From an uncultured Bacteroidales bacterium (GTDB lineage Bacteria > Bacteroidota > Bacteroidia > Bacteroidales > VadinHA17), in contig CAWDYR010000017.1 of assembly GCA_963806555.1 (NCBI GenBank), positions 267,274-331,273 on the forward strand: 64,000 nt of DNA. Direction: 5' to 3'. Shown here piece by piece: positions 10,599 to 18,691 of the stretch (its first letter is position 1; every line of letters starts with the position of its first letter). Made by a program: the position numbers and the translations under genes. The notes beneath the pieces were generated by a model that saw only the letters and a program-made list of their open reading frames with translations, did not search any database and was not told the DNA's origin.

Positions 10599-12536
10599 AT
10601 GCGGATTTTCTTAACGATATTTCTGTTAACAGCTTCCTGCTTCATCTCAGGAACGACGGAAGCCCAGAATTATCATACTACTTCCAGTAAAGCCCTGAAA
10701 GTATATAAGGACGGGGTTTCCAACTTTGAATTTCTCGATTACCGGAATGCGGAATTTTATCTTAAACAGGCCGTTCAGATAGACAGCAAATTCTATGAAG
10801 CCTATATGGTGCTTGGTGAACTGCTGCTGAAGCAAAGGCGTTACTCTGAAGCCGCCGAGAATTACCACATGGCTGTTAATTTAGATTCGTTGGTCTATAA
10901 GCCGGTATTCTTCAGCCTGGCGACAGCTGAATTTATGTCGGGCAACTACGTGGATGCACTCAGACATTATGAGAAATATCTCAACACTGAAAAAATTTCT
11001 GAGAAGAACAGGGATGAGGCAATCAAAAATGTAAAAAACTGCCACTTTGCTATTGAAGCATTAAAGCATCCTGTTCCATTTAGTCCTGTCAGCGTCGGAG
11101 ATGGTATAAATACGGCCGCTGATGAGTATTGGCCATCCATTACCGTGGATGGTCAGACCATGATGTTCACAAGGCAGTCAAAACCCATCCAGACAGCAGG
11201 AGCAAGAAGTATTCCCCAGGAAGATTTCTATTTAAGCTTTCAGTCAGGCAATGGCTGGCAAAAAGCAGTAAACGCTGGATATCCTCTTAACACTCCTCAA
11301 AATGAAGGAGCCCAGAGTCTGTCATCTGATGGCACCTATATGTTCTTTACAGCCTGTGAGCGCCCCGGTGGTTTAGGAAGCTGCGATATCTTCTTTTCGG
11401 CATTCAATAACGGAAAATGGTCATTTCCCTTTAACCTTGGCGCTCCTGTGAATTCCTCCAAATGGGAATCACAGCCATCGATAAGTTCAAACGGCAAAAT
11501 GCTGTTTTTTTCGAGTAACAGGCCCGGGGGAGAAGGTGGCAAGGATCTCTGGTATTCAGTTATCAATGAGAAAGGGAAATGGGCAAACCCTGTAAATCTT
11601 GGGAAAACGATAAACAGCCCGGGCGATGAGATGTCACCCTTTATACACTTCGACGGACGCACACTATATTTCTCTTCGGATGGCTGGGCCGGAATGGGAG
11701 GTTTTGATATTTATAAGACCACAATGAAGGAAGACACAACCTGGACTGAACCACAAAACCTTGGTTATCCTATTAATACATACAATGACGAAACGGGGCT
11801 CATTATAAATTCTGAGGGACAAGAAGCCTATTATTCTTCAAAAAAGGACGATCAGAATGGCAAGAATATCTATTCTTTTACCCTTTATGAGTCTGTAAGA
11901 CCCGATCCCGTAGCTTACCTTAAAGGGAAAGTATCTGACAGAATAAATGGAAAAATGCTGGTTGCAGGTTATGAACTTATCAATCTTTCGACAGGGAAAC
12001 CGGTTGTCAGTAATACTACAGACGGCAACGGGAATTTCCTTGTTTGTCTTCCTTCAGGATTTAATTATGCCCTTAACGTAAGTAAGGCGGGTTACCTTTT
12101 TTTCTCTGAAAACTTCATGTTCGAGGGAGACCACCCGGTATTAAAACCATATCTGATGCCGATAAAGCTGAGCCCGTTAAAGGTAGGTGAAAGGATGCTT
12201 CTCGCCAATGTCTTCTTTGAGACTGATTCATGGGAATTAAAGAAAGAATCAAGGATAGAACTGAATAAGCTAATGGATCTTCTCTCGGATAATATGGAAC
12301 TTGTTGTTGAAATAGGAGGGTATACCGATGCCACGGGAAACAATGAACACAATCTCGTCCTCTCGGAGAAAAGGGCTCTTTCGGTCGTCAATTTCCTTGT
12401 GGAAAACGGGATCGCGGCCGACAGGCTTAAATACAAAGGTTATGGCAACAGCTCGCCAATAGGGGATAATATAACATCCGAAGGCAGGAAGCTTAACAGG
12501 CGAACAGAAGTCCAGATCCTTGACCTGAAAAAATAA
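10599..12536 (+). CDS. OmpA-family protein with TPR, TolB-like (PD40) repeats and a C-terminal OmpA peptidoglycan-binding domain
   Basis: Start moved to ATG 10599 (MRIFLTIFLLTASCF signal peptide), because the track start 10416 overlaps queE. The C-terminus VVEIGGYTDATGNNEHNLVLSEKRALSV is OmpA_C-like. Confidence 0.8.
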   Translation: MRIFLTIFLLTASCFISGTTEAQNYHTTSSKALKVYKDGVSNFEFLDYRNAEFYLKQAVQIDSKFYEAYMVLGELLLKQRRYSEAAENYHMAVNLDSLVYKPVFFSLATAEFMSGNYVDALRHYEKYLNTEKISEKNRDEAIKNVKNCHFAIEALKHPVPFSPVSVGDGINTAADEYWPSITVDGQTMMFTRQSKPIQTAGARSIPQEDFYLSFQSGNGWQKAVNAGYPLNTPQNEGAQSLSSDGTYMFFTACERPGGLGSCDIFFSAFNNGKWSFPFNLGAPVNSSKWESQPSISSNGKMLFFSSNRPGGEGGKDLWYSVINEKGKWANPVNLGKTINSPGDEMSPFIHFDGRTLYFSSDGWAGMGGFDIYKTTMKEDTTWTEPQNLGYPINTYNDETGLIINSEGQEAYYSSKKDDQNGKNIYSFTLYESVRPDPVAYLKGKVSDRINGKMLVAGYELINLSTGKPVVSNTTDGNGNFLVCLPSGFNYALNVSKAGYLFFSENFMFEGDHPVLKPYLMPIKLSPLKVGERMLLANVFFETDSWELKKESRIELNKLMDLLSDNMELVVEIGGYTDATGNNEHNLVLSEKRALSVVNFLVENGIAADRLKYKGYGNSSPIGDNITSEGRKLNRRTEVQILDLKK

Positions 12537-12540
12537 GAAA

Positions 12541-12567
12541 ATAGTTGCCTGGGTGGGCAACTATTTT
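12541..12567. terminator. bidirectional intrinsic terminator hairpin between convergent genes
   Basis: ATAGTTGCC-tgggtg-GGCAACTAT is a 9-bp perfect stem followed by TTT. It lies between the OmpA gene (+) and the HK-like gene (-). Confidence 0.6.
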
Positions 12568-12618
12568 CAGCGCATGCCTTGGGGGCAGTCCGACATTGTA
12601 AAGACAAGACATCTGTTA

Positions 12619-13455
12619 TCAGATCGTAATCATGGTGTTCAGATAGTTATTCGCTGAATTTTCAGCATTTACTTTGGTGGCGGGAATTGTAAAGAATATC
12701 CCTGATCCGTTTAATCCATTACATTCGATCCAGAGGGAACCCTCCATCATCTGAATCAGGTTTCTCGTTAAGATGAGATTTACCGCCGAATAAGTATCAT
12801 TAAATTTGTTAAGTGCCTGGGCAGGGTCCTGCGTTTGAAGGAACTCCTGTGACTTAAAGTAACCCTGACCTGAATCAAGGATATAAAAGGTCATCTTCTC
12901 ATCCCTGAAGTAATAACCAACCTTGATATACCCCGATGTTGTGTTGCTGAGAGCATTCTGAAACAGGTTACGGACAACCCTTGTTGCCCTGTTGCTGTCA
13001 ATCAGATACTCAGCGTTCTTAAACGATTGGTTTTCAGTTACAAGGATAAGCTCCTTGTATTTGTCCTTTCTTAGTATCTCCCTGAATTCTGAAAAGAGAT
13101 CATTGAACATCCTGTCAGGATTACAAATTCTTTGTTCGGCTATTGAATTACCCGTATCAATGATTGCCGAATCAAGAAAATTGTCAAACAGGGATATCAG
13201 TTGTTCGCAGGATTCATAGATAAGATTGCTGAACTCTTCCCTTTCAGCTTCTTCATATTCCTTTTTGTTCAGGAGAAAGGCAAATGCAACTATGGCATTC
13301 ATCTGGGTTCTCATTTCGCGTGACAATCCGGTCAGGAGTGAAGGACAATTAATCATACTATGTTTCAACGATTCCATAATCTTCACCGCTTTCAGGTCTT
13401 TTGGTCCGGACGCTTCCGGTACACCACCTTTGTTATATCCCGAAATATCAAACAT
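12619..13455 (-). CDS. soluble histidine-kinase-like protein (DHp + HATPase_c) lacking the phospho-acceptor His
   Basis: The H-box position reads LSREMRTQMNAI (consensus SHE[LIM]RTPLNAI). The N box (QNALSNT), G1 (DSGQG) and G2 (GLNGSG) are present. There is no TM or sensor domain. Confidence 0.65.
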   Translation of the reverse strand: MFDISGYNKGGVPEASGPKDLKAVKIMESLKHSMINCPSLLTGLSREMRTQMNAIVAFAFLLNKKEYEEAEREEFSNLIYESCEQLISLFDNFLDSAIIDTGNSIAEQRICNPDRMFNDLFSEFREILRKDKYKELILVTENQSFKNAEYLIDSNRATRVVRNLFQNALSNTTSGYIKVGYYFRDEKMTFYILDSGQGYFKSQEFLQTQDPAQALNKFNDTYSAVNLILTRNLIQMMEGSLWIECNGLNGSGIFFTIPATKVNAENSANNYLNTMITI

Positions 13456-13480
13456 TGGCTAAGTTTTCCCTCAGACGAGG

Positions 13481-14227
13481 CTACTTTAAATTTCTACTCA
13501 GTTTCCTGGCGTCCTTTTTGTAAATGCTTTTCGATCTTTCAATTACAGCAAGCTGTTCAGCTGCTTTTTGCATTTCTTCAGTTTTAATGTAGCACAATGC
13601 AAGATACCACCTGGCATGATCGATATAAAGGTTGTTATTGTCCTCGATGACGTTCCCAAATGATTTCTTAGCTTCGGGATAATTTTCTATTTCAAAATTT
13701 GAAATCCCTTTCAACAGAGCGGCTTGCATATCGCCAGGCTTGTTTTCCAATGCCCGTGAGAAATAGATAGCCGCGATTCTGTAATCATGTATCTCATAAT
13801 ATTCAAGCGCCAGGTTAAAATCAGGATTGCCGATCGCCACCCCCGACCGCAGGGAGGAGGTTGCTTCGTAAGCCCTGTAGTATCTTTCCATGATCTCCTC
13901 TTTACCCGGGTTTTTATTGGAAATCAGGGCGATTCCACCCAGGGTAACAAGGCATGCAATCAATGCTGCATATTTAATTTTGATAAGCCGTTGATGCTTT
14001 CGGGGTGAAACATCGGTTTCCCTTTTCTTCTCAATCGAGTTGAGCTTGTTCCTGAGGTTGATAACATCCTGTTTTTTGAGAATGGCATCGGCTTTTTGAC
14101 GGATTCCGACTTCGTTCCGAAGCTTTTGGTTTCCATCCATTTCTCTTCTGAACCATTGCTTTTCAGCTTCATCCATCTCTCCGGCATTATACCGTTCGAT
14201 GAAATATGAAAAATCGTTTGTTTTCAT
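13481..14227 (-). CDS. single-pass membrane protein with extracytoplasmic TPR repeats (anti-sigma-like topology)
   Basis: 248 aa: an ~85-aa charged N-domain, a TM (YAALIACLVTLGGIALI), then TPR-like repeats (YRIAAIYFSRALE..., YPEAKKSFGNVIE...). Confidence 0.7.
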   Translation of the reverse strand: MKTNDFSYFIERYNAGEMDEAEKQWFRREMDGNQKLRNEVGIRQKADAILKKQDVINLRNKLNSIEKKRETDVSPRKHQRLIKIKYAALIACLVTLGGIALISNKNPGKEEIMERYYRAYEATSSLRSGVAIGNPDFNLALEYYEIHDYRIAAIYFSRALENKPGDMQAALLKGISNFEIENYPEAKKSFGNVIEDNNNLYIDHARWYLALCYIKTEEMQKAAEQLAVIERSKSIYKKDARKLSRNLK

Positions 14228-14424
14228 GATCTTGCAGACTGTTTATATTTTATTAAATCCATATTAATATCAGTTATTAAGCTGATGCATACGGTTACAC
14301 AGGTATTCTGTGTGCCTGCTCTACAGATATTAATCAGTTATACTAACCTCAGTATCTCCTGACTTCTCAAGCGTATTCCAAACATCCGGAGGTAAAACCT
14401 TCCGGGTTTATCATTATGTTTCCA

Positions 14425-14483
14425 AAAAGCACTCCACTGAAGGAGTTTATTATTAAAAGCACTCCACTGAAGGAGTTATTATT
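14425..14483 (-). repeat. tandem 30/29-bp direct repeat; each unit is a small hairpin plus T-run on the minus strand (terminator/attenuator-like)
   Basis: AAAAGCACTCCACTGAAGGAGTT(T)ATTATT occurs twice back to back. Each unit has an ACTCC/GGAGT stem, and on the minus strand it is followed by GCTTTT. It lies 40-100 nt downstream of the peptide ORF stop. Confidence 0.55.
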
Positions 14484-14521
14484 AACTGCCCTCTCCCGGG
14501 CAAAAGGGTTTTATTTAGTGT

Positions 14522-14659
14522 TCAAATCTGGACTAATGGGGGAACAGGCCGCAATATAGGATCACCGGCATCACCGCCTTTAACACATATCATCTCCTCA
14601 GTTGAAAGGATAAACTCATTAAAAATCTCCTCAGTCTGTTCGGGTTTAATTTTTTTCAT
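14522..14659 (-). CDS. 45-aa precursor peptide with a double-glycine (GG) leader
   Basis: My translation is MKKIKPEQTEEIFNEFILSTEEMICVKGG|DAGDPILRPVPPLVQI*. The last 12 leader residues fit LSxxELxxIxGG. It is below the 60-aa track cutoff and sits 4 kb from a C39-peptidase ABC exporter. Confidence 0.7.
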   Translation of the reverse strand: MKKIKPEQTEEIFNEFILSTEEMICVKGGDAGDPILRPVPPLVQI

Positions 14660-14895
14660 TGGTTCAAATTTTAGTCGTTGATACTTGGTTTAGGTAATTC
14701 GCATTTCTACTGTTACATGTCGGAAAACCTGATTTTGTGACAAAGAAAAATCAACTATTTTTAGAAAAAATCACTAATTATTGAAAATCAAAGATTTACA
14801 AAAGGAGAAATTATCGATATTTGTAATCAGTTTGGCATTTCCATTTAAAGTTGTGATCTTTAGATGGGGAAATTTTACATACCGGCAGCGACCTG

Positions 14896-17800
14896 ATGAT
14901 TTTAAAGAGTCATATACTGTTGTTTATTGCACTTCTTATTTGCACCATCAGCCCTTCTGAGGCAAAGATGGCGGGATCAGTCCTTTACAACTTTTCTCCG
15001 ATTCCCGAAAATGACCCCACAGGCAAAACCGGAATTCTTCAGAAGGATAATTTTACTCCGATTCTTGAGAAGTTGAATTCCGATTTCCAGGTTTCTGTTA
15101 ACTCCGGCGATACATTAAAAGCCAGGAATATAGTAAATTCCATACTAAAGATTCTCAACGGGAATGATACCGATGATTTAATCTTTTCAAGCTCCCGGTA
15201 CTATGTTGGCGTATTTTATTTAATTGCCGGAAAAAATACAGAGGCAATGGAGTGGCTTAAACTTGCGTCGGCCGGAAGGGAACAACTTAAATGCGAGGAT
15301 GAGATTTATTCAAAATGCCTTTACAACATTGGGCTTGCATACCATAACCTCGGGGACTTCAAAAGCATGGAACAGTACACACTTCGCTCCCTGGCCATTG
15401 TCAGAAAACTGAATGGGGAAAATGCTCCTCTTTTAATAAGAAGCCTATCCAGCCTGGTCACGGCAAATTTTGGACTCAATGAATATAATAAAGCTATAGT
15501 CTATGGTAATCAAGCACTTAAACTTATAAACGGGCAAAAAGGAAATTTGACCAATGAGATAGCCGGCTTATATGCAAATTTAGGGATATGCCATGCAAGA
15601 CTGTCAGACTACTCCAAGGCGGCGCTTTACCTTGAGAAAGCAGAATCAATTTATAATCAGATGCCTTTTACCGATAATGCAGTCTATATTAATCTGTTGA
15701 ATAATCTTGGCGCCACATATTTTCAAATGGGATCCAGGGAAAAATCAGATGAGTATTTTAACAGGGGATTTGAAATGGCAAGAACATCAAATTCAATTAT
15801 GTCACTTAACTTCCTGAACAGTTTTGCAGTTGTTCTTGCAAAGGCAGGAAAAGTGACTGAAGGTGAGGAACTGATTTTAAATGCCCTGGAAAGAGCAAGA
15901 AAATCATCAGGCCCCGACTCAAAAGATTACTTTGAAGTGCTGAAGAACTATGCTGAATATCTCCGGTCATATAAAATCGACATGGGTAAATCACGGCTTC
16001 AGTATGAAAAGTGTCTGGTGTATCTCGAAACCCATGAAGAGGATATTTTCTTAAGAAACCCGATAATTTTTGGATATGCCCTCGTGCTGACCGAGACCGG
16101 CGATTCAGGTAAGGCACTCGATATTATTCAGGAATTGCTTTTTTCCCGCATACCGGGGAAAAAAGAATATACAGCAGTGGAAAATCCGGAAATTGAATTG
16201 ATTGAACCGGATCAGTGGTCTCTTGAAGTACTGAAGGCGAAATACAGGATACTCTGGGATATCTTTAATAAATCCCGGAACTGGGGGTACATGGTAGCTG
16301 CTTCAGGAACATCAGAACTGATTGTAGCTTTGCTTGAAAAGGTCAGGATCAATATAAGTGAAGAAGATAGCAGGTTGATTCTTGGAGACCGCTACAGGGA
16401 CTTTTACCTGTTTGCAATCCGGGATTTTGAACTTTGTTTCAGGCATACGGGAAATGCAGAATACAGGGAGAAGGCGTTTGAATTTTCAGAGAAAAGCAAA
16501 GTTGCAGGGCTTCTTGCTTCAACCAGGGAGCTTAAAGCCACTCAGTTTCATATACCTTCCGATGTAGCCGACCTGGAGCGGGGGCTTAAGTCAGAGATCA
16601 GCGTTTATAATGCACACATCTCAGACGAAGAAACACGGAAGGTGCCCAATGCTAATCTTCTTGCCGAATGGAAGGAAATTGTATTTGACGCAACTGCGAA
16701 ACGGGATTCCCTGATCAGGCTCTTTGAAAAACAGTACCCTGAGTACTATCTTATCAAGTATAATACAAAGGTTATAGAACCCCGTGATATTCCTTCAATA
16801 GCAGGGAGGAGCACAAACTACTTAAATTATGTTGTATCAGATTCCATTATATACATCTTTCTCACTAACAGGAAATTCAGGCAGCTTATTACTGTTCCTG
16901 TTGATACAGGATTTTTTAACAATGTGAGAGAATTCAGAAGCCTTCTTTCAATGCCATCGCCTCTTAGCGACGCAAAATCCGAATTCATCAGGTACCAGCA
17001 TTCAGGCATCCGGCTATATAAGACAATCATCGAACCCGTCAGAAAGTATCTTATCTCCAACAGGATTTTAATTTCCCCCGATGATATTCTATCATATATA
17101 CCATTTGAGACACTTCCTGTTGCACCGGTTTCAGAAGATGAAATCCTCTATAGTGAACTGCCATATCTTATGAAAGAATTCAACATTTCATATACTTATT
17201 CGGCAACTCTTCTGGCTGAACAGGCAAAGAAAGGGTTAAGGCTTTCAAACAGCCTGATAGCGTTTGCCCCGGTATATACGGAAAGCATAAACATCGACTC
17301 CCTGTTATTGACAAGGGATGTGAGGCAATCAATCATTACTGATCTTCCATTTGCACGACAGGAGGCAGAATATGTATCAGATCTGACAGGAGGAAGGCTC
17401 TACATAAATAGTGGAGCAACCGAAGCAGTTTTCAAGGAAAAAGCAGGAGATTTCGACATTATTCATATGGCAATGCACACGATCCTTAATGATCAATTTC
17501 CGATGCATTCGAAAATGTTGTTTTATCAGGCAAAAGATTCAGTTGAAGATGGATTTCTTAACACTTATGAAGTTTATGATATCCCTTTGAAAGCGAAAAT
17601 GGTGATTCTCAGCTCCTGTAATACAGGGACCGGAAATTTGTATTCGGGAGAGGGAATCCTCAGCCTGGCGAGGGGATTTTTATATTCAGGAAGCCAGTCA
17701 GTGGTTATGTCGATGTGGGAGATTGAAGACAGATCCGGAACGGAGATAGTAAAGAACTTCTACAACCACCTGAAAAGAGGTGAGCCAAAGAGCAAAGCCC

Positions 17801-17991
17801 TCAAAAGGGCCAGGCTCGATTATCTTAAGAATGCCGATATGCTCAGGTCACATCCTTATTTCTGGTCATCGCTTATTATATATGGGAATAATGACCCGCT
17901 CTATTATTCCAGACAAATCTTAATTACTGCAGGCGCAGTTGTAATCGCCGTCAGCCTGTTTCTTCTGCTGTATTTTCACAAATTCAGGTAG
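14896..17991 (+). CDS. TPR-repeat CHAT-domain (caspase-fold) protein with signal peptide and C-terminal TM anchor
   Basis: 1031 aa: N-terminal signal (ILLFIALLICTISPSEA), many TPR-like repeats, a C-terminal CHAT region with His (DIIHMAMHT) and Cys (VILSSCNTG), and a terminal TM (ITAGAVVIAVSLFLLLYF). Confidence 0.8.
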   Translation: MILKSHILLFIALLICTISPSEAKMAGSVLYNFSPIPENDPTGKTGILQKDNFTPILEKLNSDFQVSVNSGDTLKARNIVNSILKILNGNDTDDLIFSSSRYYVGVFYLIAGKNTEAMEWLKLASAGREQLKCEDEIYSKCLYNIGLAYHNLGDFKSMEQYTLRSLAIVRKLNGENAPLLIRSLSSLVTANFGLNEYNKAIVYGNQALKLINGQKGNLTNEIAGLYANLGICHARLSDYSKAALYLEKAESIYNQMPFTDNAVYINLLNNLGATYFQMGSREKSDEYFNRGFEMARTSNSIMSLNFLNSFAVVLAKAGKVTEGEELILNALERARKSSGPDSKDYFEVLKNYAEYLRSYKIDMGKSRLQYEKCLVYLETHEEDIFLRNPIIFGYALVLTETGDSGKALDIIQELLFSRIPGKKEYTAVENPEIELIEPDQWSLEVLKAKYRILWDIFNKSRNWGYMVAASGTSELIVALLEKVRINISEEDSRLILGDRYRDFYLFAIRDFELCFRHTGNAEYREKAFEFSEKSKVAGLLASTRELKATQFHIPSDVADLERGLKSEISVYNAHISDEETRKVPNANLLAEWKEIVFDATAKRDSLIRLFEKQYPEYYLIKYNTKVIEPRDIPSIAGRSTNYLNYVVSDSIIYIFLTNRKFRQLITVPVDTGFFNNVREFRSLLSMPSPLSDAKSEFIRYQHSGIRLYKTIIEPVRKYLISNRILISPDDILSYIPFETLPVAPVSEDEILYSELPYLMKEFNISYTYSATLLAEQAKKGLRLSNSLIAFAPVYTESINIDSLLLTRDVRQSIITDLPFARQEAEYVSDLTGGRLYINSGATEAVFKEKAGDFDIIHMAMHTILNDQFPMHSKMLFYQAKDSVEDGFLNTYEVYDIPLKAKMVILSSCNTGTGNLYSGEGILSLARGFLYSGSQSVVMSMWEIEDRSGTEIVKNFYNHLKRGEPKSKALKRARLDYLKNADMLRSHPYFWSSLIIYGNNDPLYYSRQILITAGAVVIAVSLFLLLYFHKFR

Positions 17992-18581
17992 TTCTTATAT
18001 TCGGGATCCCCTTTTATAAGTTCCATCAGGGCTTCTTTGCTCAGATACTTTTTCCGCCTGGCGTATGTTTCATTCTTAAGATTCATTCTTACAGCGATCT
18101 CTTCGTACGACAGACCCTCCGAAAACAGAGTCAGAATTTTTTGGGAATCAGCCTTTAACTTTTGAAACGCCCTGCTGACTATTTTTTCAAGGATCAGTTC
18201 ATCCACATCATTATCAACATCCGGAATATCGGTATCAATTTCAATGTTTTTAACACTTTTTCTTAGCTGGCAACTCCAGATGTTCCTGGCTATTCCAAAA
18301 AAATAGCCCTTCAGATCGGATGTCAGCTTAAACTCATTGTCCGAGATCTGATTATAGAAGGCTATTATCGTCTCCTGAAACACATCCGACACATCCGCTT
18401 CGGTACCGCTGTTCTTTAAGACATAGTGCCTGACGGGCTGGCGGTAATTGTCGTACAACCAGTTAAGAATCTTTTCGTCTTGCCGGCGGATGCCTTCAAT
18501 TATTGTATTATCTGAGATCTTACGGAACAATCGCTGATTTTTACCCGATAATAAGTTGACAAATATAGTATTTCCTGACAT
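17976..18581 (-). CDS. sigma-70 family RNA polymerase sigma factor (ECF-like, 201 aa)
   Basis: Region-2-like FQETIIAFYNQI...YFFGIARNIW and a region-4 HTH, LSYEEIAVRMNLKNETYARRKKYLSKEAL. Its 3' end overlaps the CHAT gene by 16 bp in a convergent arrangement. Confidence 0.75.
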   Translation of the reverse strand: MSGNTIFVNLLSGKNQRLFRKISDNTIIEGIRRQDEKILNWLYDNYRQPVRHYVLKNSGTEADVSDVFQETIIAFYNQISDNEFKLTSDLKGYFFGIARNIWSCQLRKSVKNIEIDTDIPDVDNDVDELILEKIVSRAFQKLKADSQKILTLFSEGLSYEEIAVRMNLKNETYARRKKYLSKEALMELIKGDPEYKNYLNL

Positions 18582-18691
18582 TAAAGTATTGATCTGTCAG
18601 TTCTGCAATTGATTTAAGGAAAAGCATGAGCATTATTTTTTGATGGAAAAATATAGTTACTTTACGCATTTTATAACCCAGGTTTCCCAAT

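Noticed and set aside
14416-14559. + strand 47-aa ORF (MFPKSTPLKEFIIKSTPLKE...) across the tandem repeat and antisense to the GG peptide
   Set aside because: Its internal repeat only mirrors the DNA tandem repeat, and it has no recognisable motif. The opposite-strand ORF fits the GG-leader consensus and the genomic context. It still cannot be excluded without expression data.
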